From a virus (Duplodnaviria; Caudoviricetes): a stretch of DNA of 59,908 bases. Of this stretch, positions 34,880-44,243 are shown piece after piece. The notes beneath the pieces were generated by a model. It saw nothing but the letters and a program-made list of their open reading frames with translations, was not told the origin of the DNA and did not search any database. A program made the position numbers and the translations under genes. The stretch lies in the IMG/VR virus record IMGVR_UViG_3300032323_002596, positions 1 through 59,908 of that record. One strand, written 5' to 3'. Position 1 is the first letter of the stretch, and each line of letters begins with the position of its first letter.

Positions 34880-35170
34880 TTAAATTTCCTTAATATCCTC
34901 GTTACCTCCAGGTAATTGACTAGGATCTAAAATAGCTCTGCCAGCATCTGTTAATGGCCTAGCAAATATCCTTAATTTTTTACCAGTATTTGGGCATACA
35001 AATGTAACTCCGGCATCTTGGTAAGCCTTAATTATTAATTCAATTGCACCGTGCTCATCTGGACTTGCTCCAATTACATGAATGTCATCATAGTCAAATT
35101 GCATACAAAAATCACATCCTTCTGTATATGCTTGTTTATCTTCAGGAATATTTGCTTTTTTCTTTGCCAT
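34880..35170 (-). CDS. Hypothetical protein (mirror copy)
   Basis: Mirror of 24739..25029. Confidence 0.7.
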   Translation of the reverse strand: MAKKKANIPEDKQAYTEGCDFCMQFDYDDIHVIGASPDEHGAIELIIKAYQDAGVTFVCPNTGKKLRIFARPLTDAGRAILDPSQLPGGNEDIKEI

Positions 35171-35173
35171 ATT

Positions 35174-35539
35174 TTATTGTTTTATTTCGTTTATGTCAAC
35201 TATTTTTACCTCTTCGCCACTTATTAATGCATCTAATGTAGATTCAATCATATCTCTTTGATCTGGAGTTAATAACGCTACCTTTTCAATAATTGCCGGC
35301 ACCGCAAAAACATCACTTGCTATTTCTGTTTTAATCCCAATCCTGACTTGTTCTGTTAAAAATGGATTAGATATTAAATCTCCAAATATCCAACCTATCT
35401 TATCGCTATATTTCTTAAATAATCTTGATCCTTGCGAATTAGGGTATTGCCTACAAAAATCCTCAAATTGTTCTTGAGCCATTTTTAAATTTTGAATGGC
35501 ATTTATAATGTTAGCACCGTTATTAACTTCAGGATTCAT
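35174..35539 (-). CDS. Hypothetical protein (mirror copy)
   Basis: Mirror of 24370..24735. Confidence 0.7.
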   Translation of the reverse strand: MNPEVNNGANIINAIQNLKMAQEQFEDFCRQYPNSQGSRLFKKYSDKIGWIFGDLISNPFLTEQVRIGIKTEIASDVFAVPAIIEKVALLTPDQRDMIESTLDALISGEEVKIVDINEIKQ

Positions 35540-35540
35540 A

Positions 35541-36263
35541 TTACTTATTAAAGTTTAAATGTGTTTCTTCCAATTCTCTTAAAAACTCTCTTGCTCTTTC
35601 TACTTTCTGCTGGATGCGCAGTATATCATCTTCATTTCTACCAACTTTAAACATAAGTACTCTTTCTTCTATTGAAATATCATCAAAAGACATGTTAAAT
35701 TCAATCTTCATTGCCTCTTTTACATACTCTGGATTTTCTTCAGTGGCTACATCCATCTTTTTAAGCATGTAATACTTCTCTTGCTCTATGATACTTTCAG
35801 GAGTATTTACTAAACAATAAGCAATTACAGCACTTTTTGTATTTGTCAACCACATGTAAGATTGCATTTGCCAATAGTATAAACTATCTAACTTATCTGG
35901 TATATTGCCAATAAACGTCCAAAGATCATAACTTGATTTAATATCAATTATTCTGTCATTATCAATAATATCAGGAAAACCAGTAATAAAATCATTTGTA
36001 AATCTTTGGTCATTCTTACTAAATGGCATTTTTAAGTACATAGAAAGTAAATCAATTGAATCTTGCTCTACTTCTATACCCTTTTTCATTTGCTTGGTTT
36101 GTATGTCTTTTCTGCGACCATACTTTTCGGCTATATAAACATCTAATAAATGCTTTTGAGCCGTTTTAGATAACAATCCAGCTTCTTTATCAGCTTTTGA
36201 TTGAGGTTCGGTCATTAAATAACCTACAGAGCTTGCTCTGATGTGTGTTTCATTCCATCTCAT
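35541..36263 (-). CDS. YqaJ/lambda-exonuclease family protein (mirror copy)
   Basis: Mirror of 23646..24368. Confidence 0.85.
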   Translation of the reverse strand: MRWNETHIRASSVGYLMTEPQSKADKEAGLLSKTAQKHLLDVYIAEKYGRRKDIQTKQMKKGIEVEQDSIDLLSMYLKMPFSKNDQRFTNDFITGFPDIIDNDRIIDIKSSYDLWTFIGNIPDKLDSLYYWQMQSYMWLTNTKSAVIAYCLVNTPESIIEQEKYYMLKKMDVATEENPEYVKEAMKIEFNMSFDDISIEERVLMFKVGRNEDDILRIQQKVERAREFLRELEETHLNFNK

Positions 36264-36265
36264 AG

Positions 36266-36643
36266 TTAAAGTGTTTTCATTTTATTATTGTAGTGCATTA
36301 GTAATTCCGGATTACTTTTACTCATCAATTCCCAAGCCTTTAACTCTTCTTTTGTTTTACAGGAGTCAATAAACTCTTTGGTTTTTTCAGCTAAAGTCTT
36401 TTTTGACTGAGTAGGAATTACTTCTTCAGTAAGTATGTCATCATAATTAACACCTAAATACTCAGCAAGTTCTTTTTGTCTAGCTACATTTTTATTGTGA
36501 TATTCTTCTACTAGCTCTCTTGCGTGGTCAAGAGCTTTATTGGCTGACTCACCTTCATTGAGGGCAAACTCAACGCCAATCTTTTCAGATGAATAGTTAC
36601 CTAAATTAAATGTTCTAGTGTAGTTAACGGTTTGGATGTGCAT
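36266..36643 (-). CDS. Hypothetical protein (mirror copy)
   Basis: Mirror of 23266..23643. Confidence 0.7.
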   Translation of the reverse strand: MHIQTVNYTRTFNLGNYSSEKIGVEFALNEGESANKALDHARELVEEYHNKNVARQKELAEYLGVNYDDILTEEVIPTQSKKTLAEKTKEFIDSCKTKEELKAWELMSKSNPELLMHYNNKMKTL

Positions 36644-36653
36644 ATATGTTGGT

Positions 36654-36851
36654 TTATTTAATTCGTGATACAACGGTAACACCGTCCGCGTGTTTAATTT
36701 TAAACAGCTTATCTTTGTGTGCTTCTTTCTTTTTTAAATTTGATACCATAACCATAACTGATGTATATGGATTATTTAATCTAATATTTTCTCCTAATGT
36801 TAATTCAGCAACCTTACTTGAAACCGAATCTGGACTAATGTTTCTTGCCAT
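36654..36851 (-). CDS. Hypothetical small protein (mirror copy)
   Basis: Mirror of 23058..23255. Confidence 0.65.
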   Translation of the reverse strand: MARNISPDSVSSKVAELTLGENIRLNNPYTSVMVMVSNLKKKEAHKDKLFKIKHADGVTVVSRIK

Positions 36852-36931
36852 TTTTTAAATTTTTTTGTAAAATTAATTTAATTAATTTAATTAAAAAAAT
36901 AAATTTAATTAATTTTTGTATATTTGCATCT

Positions 36932-36991
36932 CATATAGCAAGTGTTAACGGTTTAATCACGCCCTTCGTTTCTACGAGGGGCTCTTTTTTT
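36932..36991 (+). ncRNA. Candidate antisense sRNA (mirror copy)
   Basis: Mirror of 22918..22977. Confidence 0.6.
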
Positions 36992-37044
36992 ATAAACCCC
37001 CGCATAGAAATGCAGGGGCATATTTACTATAAAAAACCGACAAC

Positions 37045-37584
37045 CTACTTTATAAATTTCTTTTTAACTAAAATAAGTTTAGCCCTATATTCTAAGATCA
37101 AAGCTTTTAATTCTTCTCTTGTTGGCCTTGTTGGTTGTCTAGCTGTTTCTCTTAAATATTCTACCAAAGCTCCATTTTCTTCGTGTAGTTTATTTTCAAA
37201 CTCTTCAATGTTTCCTGTTTTGAAATAATTACATTCCATACATTGTGGTTTACAATTTGACTCCATCCATCTTGTGCCCAAATTTGACCTGCCCATAAAA
37301 TGTCCGCATTGTATTTCAGAAACAGTATGCTTATTTCCACAAGTATAACATTCTACTATTCCGCTTTTATCGGCATGTTTATTTCTAATATACTGGCTAA
37401 ATACGTGATCTAAATCCTGAACTAAATTATTAAAGCTTTCTGAATCATCTTCAAATTCATCCATCCTTTTTTGTGTTGATGCAATGGTAGCGCATTGCTT
37501 ACACATCTTTTTTGAAAAATGGTAATCAATATTACCACAATTTATACAACGCTTTTTCTTAACTATTATTGTGCTATTTCTCAT
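37045..37584 (-). CDS. ninG: NinG-like endonuclease (mirror copy)
   Basis: Mirror of 22325..22864. Confidence 0.8.
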   Translation of the reverse strand: MRNSTIIVKKKRCINCGNIDYHFSKKMCKQCATIASTQKRMDEFEDDSESFNNLVQDLDHVFSQYIRNKHADKSGIVECYTCGNKHTVSEIQCGHFMGRSNLGTRWMESNCKPQCMECNYFKTGNIEEFENKLHEENGALVEYLRETARQPTRPTREELKALILEYRAKLILVKKKFIK

Positions 37585-37781
37585 ATTTTTTCAATTGCGT
37601 TTTTTACATTTGACCAATAAAATATTTCTTCAGAATTGTTTTTATATAATTCTATTTGATTTTGAGCATGCGATATAGCATCATTTTTTGCTTTTATTAT
37701 TCTATTTTCAAAATCAGTTATTCTGTCTTTTAAAAAAAAGTTTAAGTATATTTTTATTGCTTTTGTTTGGTATGGCTCCAT
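37581..37781 (-). CDS. Hypothetical protein (mirror copy)
   Basis: Mirror of 22128..22328. Confidence 0.6.
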   Translation of the reverse strand: MEPYQTKAIKIYLNFFLKDRITDFENRIIKAKNDAISHAQNQIELYKNNSEEIFYWSNVKNAIEKI

Positions 37782-37782
37782 A

Positions 37783-37965
37783 TTAAAATGCTATTATAAC
37801 TCCTTCTTTCTTTTTATTTTTTGATGCCCTATTAGCTAAAACAGTACATTTTTTACACTGATAATATCTTCCATATAATGCATCATGATCTCTAGCGAAC
37901 TCACTTACTGGTTTTTCTATCTTGCAAGTTGCGCACTTCTTTGTTATCGTCATTTCTTGTTTCAT
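37783..37965 (-). CDS. Small zinc-finger protein (mirror copy)
   Basis: Mirror of 21944..22126. Confidence 0.6.
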   Translation of the reverse strand: MKQEMTITKKCATCKIEKPVSEFARDHDALYGRYYQCKKCTVLANRASKNKKKEGVIIAF

Positions 37966-38086
37966 TTAATTTATGTAGTTTATTGTTAATGAATCTAAAT
38001 TTTCCAATGTATTCTCCTTTCTTTGTTACTTCAATTACCATGTCTAATCTCTTAGCCATATCGTATATTAATTCTCTATTCTGCAT
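37901..38086 (-). CDS. Hypothetical protein (mirror copy)
   Basis: Mirror of 21823..22008. Confidence 0.5.
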   Translation of the reverse strand: MQNRELIYDMAKRLDMVIEVTKKGEYIGKFRFINNKLHKLNETRNDDNKEVRNLQDRKTSK

Positions 38087-38345
38087 TAGCTATTTCAATA
38101 AATTTTTTAATACAAGCAAGTTCTGCTTCTTCATATGAATTATTGTTTTGTAATAACTGCGTTGTTAATCCATAATGTATAACTGCAATATTTGTTCTAC
38201 CAATTGAATAAGTATATTCATACTTATCTCTAAAAAATCTAAATGCTTGTTGAAATAATGGAGGATATGACATAATACACTCTTCATTAAAACCTAATTC
38301 TGCTAGAGCTTGCGCTTGTTCAGAAGGGATAAATTCTTTAATCAT
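38076..38345 (-). CDS. Hypothetical protein (mirror copy)
   Basis: Mirror of 21564..21833. Confidence 0.65.
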   Translation of the reverse strand: MIKEFIPSEQAQALAELGFNEECIMSYPPLFQQAFRFFRDKYEYTYSIGRTNIAVIHYGLTTQLLQNNNSYEEAELACIKKFIEIANAE

Positions 38346-38461
38346 AATAATAATTTTAACAAAGATAATTAATTTAATTAAATAACAAAATAAATTTATG
38401 GAAAAATAAATTTTGTAATTAAAAATATTATTCTTTACTTTGTGCTTCAATCAAATTATTT

Positions 38462-38659
38462 ATGGAAAAACAAAATGTAAAAGATTTAATTCTACTGCAT
38501 CTTGAAGCAGAAGAAAGGCCACTAGCATGGCTTTCAAGAAAAACAGAAATACCATATCCAACACTTTATTCAATCTTTATCCAGAGGATTATGAACCTTT
38601 CTGATAAAAATTTAGAAAAGATAAATGAGGTAATGGGAACTGATTTTACTAACGATTAA
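38462..38659 (+). CDS. Cro/XRE-like HTH regulator (mirror copy)
   Basis: Mirror of 21250..21447. Confidence 0.65.
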   Translation: MEKQNVKDLILLHLEAEERPLAWLSRKTEIPYPTLYSIFIQRIMNLSDKNLEKINEVMGTDFTND

Positions 38660-38669
38660 GAATTTAAAA

Positions 38670-39365
38670 ATGCCAAAAGATACATTCTATTTCTCACACG
38701 ACTATAATGCTCGTAATGATGAGAAGATAAAAAGGCTAATAAGAAAACATGGCATGATTGGCTATGGTATATTTTGGTCTATTGTTGAAGATTTATATAA
38801 TAATGCGAACGCATTGCGAACGGATTACGAAGGCATTGCGTATGATTTAAGGTCGGATTGCGATATTGTTGCATCCGTAGTAAATGACTTTGATTTGTTC
38901 ATTTTTAATGGTGATTTTTTTGGTAGCAATTCTGTTCAAGAAAGATTAGATCAAAGAAACAGCAAAAGCGAAAGTGCAAGAAAATCAGCTAGTTATAGAT
39001 GGGAAAATGCGAACGCATTGCAAACGCAATCCGAAGGCAATGCTAAAAAGGAAAGGAAAGGAAAGGAAATAAAAGGAAAGGAAATAAAAATAAAATATAA
39101 GGATAATGTTCATTTGACTGAAAAAGAAAACGAAAAACTTATTTCTGAATATGGAAATGATGTAGTAAAAAAGTGCTATGATTTTTTATCTTCTTATAAA
39201 ATTGAAAAGTCCTATTCTACAAAATCAGATTACCTAACTATTCGTAGATGGGTGCTAGATGCTGTTAATAAGCCAAATAAGACAGTTTCTCCCCAAAATA
39301 GTGTTAACCCTTACCAACAACAATTAGAAGCCGCTAGAATGGCTTATAAAACAATTTCTGAATAA
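38670..39365 (+). CDS. Putative replication initiator, DUF4373-like (mirror copy)
   Basis: Mirror of 20544..21239. Confidence 0.75.
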   Translation: MPKDTFYFSHDYNARNDEKIKRLIRKHGMIGYGIFWSIVEDLYNNANALRTDYEGIAYDLRSDCDIVASVVNDFDLFIFNGDFFGSNSVQERLDQRNSKSESARKSASYRWENANALQTQSEGNAKKERKGKEIKGKEIKIKYKDNVHLTEKENEKLISEYGNDVVKKCYDFLSSYKIEKSYSTKSDYLTIRRWVLDAVNKPNKTVSPQNSVNPYQQQLEAARMAYKTISE

Positions 39366-41227
39366 TGATTACAATTTTTAAAAACATTTTTAGCAAGGAA
39401 CCTCATTTTATAACCGTTGAAAAGGCACTAGAAAGAATAAAGCTTGGTGCAAGTAAGCAGTTGGTAATGGATATTAGATTGGCCCTGGATAAGGAAAAAG
39501 CCAATAAATTGAAGTTAAATCTGCCATCAATATGCTTTAGTGGTAAATTTGGTGCTGATAGGAAAGATGAGCAGCTTATTGAGCATAGTGGTTTTATTGT
39601 GCTTGATTTTGATGATATTTCTGATTTAAGGGATAAGCAAACCGAAATTATATCTAACACATTTGTTTACGCTTGTTGGGTTAGCCCTTCTGGTAACGGT
39701 TTAAAAGCATTGGTTAAAATAGCCGATGGTAAAAAACACAGAGAACACTTTCAGTCGCTTCAGGATGTTTTCCCTGAAATTGATAGAAGTGGTATTAACG
39801 TAAGCCGAGTTTGTTATGAGAGCTTTGATCCAGATATTTACATTAACGAAAATGCAGAAGTATTTTCAAAGGCAAAAAAGATAGAAAAGGTAGTTGTAAC
39901 TGAAAATGAAAACGTAGATGATTCTGAGAATTTTCGTAGAATTTTGAAGTGGCTTACCAATAAAAACGATGCTTTTGTCACAGGTGAAAGAAACACTTAT
40001 ATTTTCAAATTAGCTTCAGCTTGTTGCAGATTTGGTATTGGAGAAGATTCTGCACTAAGTTTAATTTCAACAGAGTACACGGTTAGTAATGACTTTACAA
40101 TGTCTGAAATGAAGAGTGCTGTTAAGAGTGGTTATAGGGCAAATAAAAACAATTTTGCAACTGCGTCAATACAAAAAGAAAAACTTGTAAGTAAAACCAC
40201 AAATTACGAAATTGATGTTAAAAAAGAGTTTACAGAAGAGTCTGGAGAAAATTATAGAGTTGAGGATGTTGTTTACGGTATAGATGTAAAAGATAGAGCA
40301 TTATATATCAATGAAAATGGTTTTGACAGGGTAATGGGAATTGGAATACCTCAAATAGATTATTTATTTAAACCAAAAAGAGGTGAAATAACATTACTTA
40401 CTGGTATTGGTAACTACGGTAAAACAGCTTGGCAGAAAGCTCAATTGCTAATGAGAATGGTTATGTTTGGAGAGAAGGTTGCAACATTTTCACCAGAGGA
40501 TGTTCCGGCAGAAGAATACTTTCATGATTATGTTGAAATGCTTTTAGGTTGCGAATGTACTCCATACAATCCAAATAGACCTTCAAGTGAAATATACGAG
40601 GCTGCATATGATTTTGTTTCAAAGCATATTTTTTACATTAGTGCTGAAATGCTATCACCAACACCACAGTATATCAAGGAGAAATTTTTAGAGTTAATAG
40701 TTCAAGAAAAAGTAGATTACTGTTGTATTGATCCATTTAATCAGATGACAAATGATTACAAGGGATATAACGGTAGAACTGATAAATATCTTGAAACACT
40801 ATTAGCAGACTTTTCAAGATTTGCAAGAAAAAACGATATATACTTTTGGATAATTGCGCATCCTAAATTGATGGAAAGAGATAGAACTGGTAACTATAAA
40901 TGCCCTGATGTATTTGATATTAATGATGGTGCTATGTGGTCAAATAAAATGGATAATATTTTAGTATATCATAGGCCATTTGCGCAGACAGATCCAAATA
41001 ATCCTTTAGCAGAGTTTCATTCCAAAAAGATTAAAAAGAAAAGCGTTGGTAGAAAAGGTTTTATGATGCTTGATTATGTATGGGAAAGAAGAAGGTTTTT
41101 CATAGAAGGTAAAGATATATTGCAAGAAATGTTAAATGCCAAGAAAATGGATTTTTGGAAAAGAAAAGAAGCAAGTCAATCTTGGCTTCCATATAAAGAT
41201 GAAAACGGAGAAGAAGTAATATTTTAA
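39365..41227 (+). CDS. Primase-helicase fusion (mirror copy)
   Basis: Mirror of 18682..20544. Confidence 0.85.
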   Translation: MITIFKNIFSKEPHFITVEKALERIKLGASKQLVMDIRLALDKEKANKLKLNLPSICFSGKFGADRKDEQLIEHSGFIVLDFDDISDLRDKQTEIISNTFVYACWVSPSGNGLKALVKIADGKKHREHFQSLQDVFPEIDRSGINVSRVCYESFDPDIYINENAEVFSKAKKIEKVVVTENENVDDSENFRRILKWLTNKNDAFVTGERNTYIFKLASACCRFGIGEDSALSLISTEYTVSNDFTMSEMKSAVKSGYRANKNNFATASIQKEKLVSKTTNYEIDVKKEFTEESGENYRVEDVVYGIDVKDRALYINENGFDRVMGIGIPQIDYLFKPKRGEITLLTGIGNYGKTAWQKAQLLMRMVMFGEKVATFSPEDVPAEEYFHDYVEMLLGCECTPYNPNRPSSEIYEAAYDFVSKHIFYISAEMLSPTPQYIKEKFLELIVQEKVDYCCIDPFNQMTNDYKGYNGRTDKYLETLLADFSRFARKNDIYFWIIAHPKLMERDRTGNYKCPDVFDINDGAMWSNKMDNILVYHRPFAQTDPNNPLAEFHSKKIKKKSVGRKGFMMLDYVWERRRFFIEGKDILQEMLNAKKMDFWKRKEASQSWLPYKDENGEEVIF

Positions 41228-41248
41228 TAACAATAAAAACAAAAAACA

Positions 41249-41587
41249 ATGATTAGAATTTCAGTAATCGGAAGATTAGGACAAGATGCAGTGGTTAATG
41301 AAGTGAACGGTAAGACGGTGATTAATTTCTCAATGGCCTACAGTGAAAAGTTTAAAAACCAACAAGGACAAGATGTAGATAAAACTACATGGGTTTCTTG
41401 TGCTTATTGGACAGACAAATTAAATGTTGTAAATTATCTTAAGAAAGGTACGTTGATTTACATGGAAGGTAAGCCAGAAGCTAAAAATTATTTAAACGAC
41501 AAGACAAAAGAAACTGTAGCTCAATTACATTCAAGAGTTACAAGTATTCAATTATTATCTAGTAAACAAGACGAAACTCCATTCTAA
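41249..41587 (+). CDS. ssb: Single-stranded DNA-binding protein (mirror copy)
   Basis: Mirror of 18322..18660. Confidence 0.92.
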   Translation: MIRISVIGRLGQDAVVNEVNGKTVINFSMAYSEKFKNQQGQDVDKTTWVSCAYWTDKLNVVNYLKKGTLIYMEGKPEAKNYLNDKTKETVAQLHSRVTSIQLLSSKQDETPF

Positions 41588-41811
41588 TGTATATACACGA
41601 ATTAACAAATATTATTGACGTAGAAACCCCTTTAGGATATGGAAAAGCAATTGCCTGGATTGACTACGGAAGCCAAACCAACACCGTTTGGAAAGTCGTA
41701 TTATACGACAGTGGTATGGTGCGGAACTTTTATGATGATGACATCCTCGTACACCCCAATTTTATGGACGGTGGACAATTGAATTTAGATTATTTTAAAA
41801 ACAAAAAATAA
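41587..41811 (+). CDS. Hypothetical protein (mirror copy)
   Basis: Mirror of 18098..18322. Confidence 0.65.
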   Translation: MYIHELTNIIDVETPLGYGKAIAWIDYGSQTNTVWKVVLYDSGMVRNFYDDDILVHPNFMDGGQLNLDYFKNKK

Positions 41812-41815
41812 TACT

Positions 41816-42088
41816 ATGCAACAGGAATTAAGATTTGATGGATCCGATTATAACCACGAACAAGATGGTAAAAGATTGGCTAAAAACCATTTTAAATTAA
41901 AAGATTTGATGAAGGATAGGGTGTATAGAACATTGGGTGAAATATCTCATATTACCAATATACCCGAAGCTTCAGTATCAGCCGGATTGAGAGATTTTAG
42001 GAAAGAAAGGTTCGGAAGTCATATTTTGAATAAAAAATATTTAGAAAATGGCTTATATTCGTACCAATTAATCCTAAATAACGAATAA
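41816..42088 (+). CDS. Putative HTH protein (mirror copy)
   Basis: Mirror of 17821..18093. Confidence 0.55.
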   Translation: MQQELRFDGSDYNHEQDGKRLAKNHFKLKDLMKDRVYRTLGEISHITNIPEASVSAGLRDFRKERFGSHILNKKYLENGLYSYQLILNNE

Positions 42089-42089
42089 A

Positions 42090-42212
42090 ATGGCTAAAGT
42101 AAAATCAGATTCCAGGAAGGTTACATTTGGTAAAAGAAAGACTGGTAGTGCAAAAAAAACTTATAACAAGCACTCTCCAAAGCCTAAAGAATATAGAGGT
42201 CAGGGGAGATAA
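42090..42212 (+). CDS. Small basic YRGQGR protein (mirror copy)
   Basis: Mirror of 17697..17819. Confidence 0.6.
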   Translation: MAKVKSDSRKVTFGKRKTGSAKKTYNKHSPKPKEYRGQGR

Positions 42213-42221
42213 AATTAAATT

Positions 42222-42365
42222 ATGAATAACAAAGCTGCAAAGAAACTAAGAAGGTTGTCTGTTGTAATGGCCGCAGGAGCGGGCAAAACAATTGATGATG
42301 CTGAAAGAATTTATAAAAACCTAAAGACGGTTTATAAAGAAAATAAAAAAGCCCCTAAAAACTAG
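42222..42365 (+). CDS. Small basic hypothetical protein (mirror copy)
   Basis: Mirror of 17544..17687. Confidence 0.55.
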   Translation: MNNKAAKKLRRLSVVMAAGAGKTIDDAERIYKNLKTVYKENKKAPKN

Positions 42366-42390
42366 GGGCTCATTTACATCTTTAAAAAGA

Positions 42391-42654
42391 TTAAGCATTT
42401 GCTGCTGAATTAATCTGTGCTACTGTAGAAGTAGTATAAAATAATACCGGCACTTGATTTAAACCGGTTGGAACTACCTCAACAATTGAGTTCATAGTTA
42501 CACCGTTTGCTACTGTTCCAGAAGGACATGGATAAGCTGCGAATCCCTCTACTGGGAATCCGTATTCAATACCAGATGTTGCTGGAGTTCCGTTTGCATT
42601 TAATAAATCATATTGATTTCTGCGATATGCTGTAATTGATACTATACTTGCCAT
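42391..42654 (-). CDS. Putative virion protein paralog (mirror copy)
   Basis: Mirror of 17255..17518. Confidence 0.75.
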   Translation of the reverse strand: MASIVSITAYRRNQYDLLNANGTPATSGIEYGFPVEGFAAYPCPSGTVANGVTMNSIVEVVPTGLNQVPVLFYTTSTVAQINSAANA

Positions 42655-42691
42655 TTTTTAATATTTTTAATTGTTTTTAAATTTTTTTAAA

Positions 42692-43066
42692 TTAAGCTAC
42701 TGTTGTAGTTGTTGTGGTTGGAGCTACTGTAGTAGTTGTTGTGGTTGGAGCTACTGTAGTAGTTGTTGTGGTTGGAGCTACTGTAGTAGTTGTTGTTGTT
42801 GCGATACCACCACCATTGATAGCTGCAATTAATCCAGCAACAGTTGCATTGCTGTATAACTTTTCAGCTGGTTGATTAAGACCACTAGGGTACAAAAGAA
42901 TCAATGAGTTCATTTGTACGCCATTTGCTACTACTGTAGTAGGTTGAACTTGTAATCCAACAGTTGGTAATGAAAATAACACACCGCTAGTTGCAGGGGT
43001 TCCGTTTGGGTTTGATAAATCGTATTGATTTCTACGATAAACATAAACCGATAAATGATTTGCCAT
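42692..43066 (-). CDS. Putative virion protein with Thr-rich tail (mirror copy)
   Basis: Mirror of 16843..17217. Confidence 0.75.
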   Translation of the reverse strand: MANHLSVYVYRRNQYDLSNPNGTPATSGVLFSLPTVGLQVQPTTVVANGVQMNSLILLYPSGLNQPAEKLYSNATVAGLIAAINGGGIATTTTTTVAPTTTTTTVAPTTTTTTVAPTTTTTTVA

Positions 43067-43186
43067 TTTTGATTGTTTTTTTTTGTTATAAATTTTTTTT
43101 GGGCAATACAAATATAAGATATTTTATGCAATTTAAAATTGATTAAGTTAATAAAATCCTTACCTTTGAATTAAATTAATTAAATT

Positions 43187-43852
43187 ATGAAACTGAAGGC
43201 TCCTGCAAACCGAGTTGTTATTAAAGTTGATTTAGAAAGTAAGAATAGCCACACATTTAAGGATGGTACTAAAATTAAGCTAGAAAGGCAGTATGATAAT
43301 TTTAATATGCGTTATGTTAAGCCAGTTAATGCGGAAGTAGTAAATGGCAATGGAATACCAGAAGGTGCCGAAATATTGATACACCACAATTCCACCCATG
43401 ATACATATAAAATATTCAACTACCAAAGACCTACGGCAGAGGCATCTTCCGATATGCAATATTTCTCTATTCCTATTGAAGAGTGTTTTATGTGGAGAAC
43501 AGAGAAAGGTTCCACGTGGAACGCTTTAAATAATTTTATTACCGGATTGAGGGTATTTGAACCATATACTGGTTTTTTACAAGGAATAGAGCCTACTTTA
43601 GTAAAAAATAAGATTTACGTAACAAGTGGTGATTTGGCTGGCAATGTGGTTGGTACTGTAATATCAAGCGATTATGAAATTATTTATCAAAATGATGACG
43701 GTACAGAAGGTAAGATAATAAGATTAAGATATTATCCTGATGGTAATGATAGAAATGAGGTAATATCGGTTGAGCATGAATTAACTGAAAAAGTTAAAAA
43801 TGGAGATTTGTTAGTTGGATATAGTGTTTCTGATGCTAAAAAATTAAACTAA
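43187..43852 (+). CDS. Divergent GroES-like protein (mirror copy)
   Basis: Mirror of 16057..16722. Confidence 0.5.
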   Translation: MKLKAPANRVVIKVDLESKNSHTFKDGTKIKLERQYDNFNMRYVKPVNAEVVNGNGIPEGAEILIHHNSTHDTYKIFNYQRPTAEASSDMQYFSIPIEECFMWRTEKGSTWNALNNFITGLRVFEPYTGFLQGIEPTLVKNKIYVTSGDLAGNVVGTVISSDYEIIYQNDDGTEGKIIRLRYYPDGNDRNEVISVEHELTEKVKNGDLLVGYSVSDAKKLN

Positions 43853-44241
43853 TGTCAGTAGAATTAGAAAATAAAATTAAAGATTTACAAAGGCAAATAT
43901 CTTATCTTCAAAGTAAAAACGCTTACTATGAAGAAGATGGTATTGGAAAGCTGTATCATGCTCTTAATAGGAAAGCAAATGAAATGGCTGAATTGCTTAA
44001 TAAAACAAGTCTTACTGCGATTGATATTGACGATCCTAAGATTAAAACTTTTGAGAGGTTGCAGAAAATATGGGTAGATGCGGGTACGATTTCTTCGTCA
44101 ATAAAGGCGTTAGAAGTGCTTGCTGGCATAAACCAAGAAGCTAAGGACGATAAAAAAGAACAAGTTCAAATTACTAGAAAACCATTTTCTCCAGAAAACA
44201 TGGCTGATGCTGTAGGCGAATTAGCTGGCAAAAGATATTAA
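43852..44241 (+). CDS. Putative terminase small subunit (mirror copy)
   Basis: Mirror of 15668..16057. Confidence 0.4.
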   Translation: MSVELENKIKDLQRQISYLQSKNAYYEEDGIGKLYHALNRKANEMAELLNKTSLTAIDIDDPKIKTFERLQKIWVDAGTISSSIKALEVLAGINQEAKDDKKEQVQITRKPFSPENMADAVGELAGKRY

Positions 44242-44243
44242 TT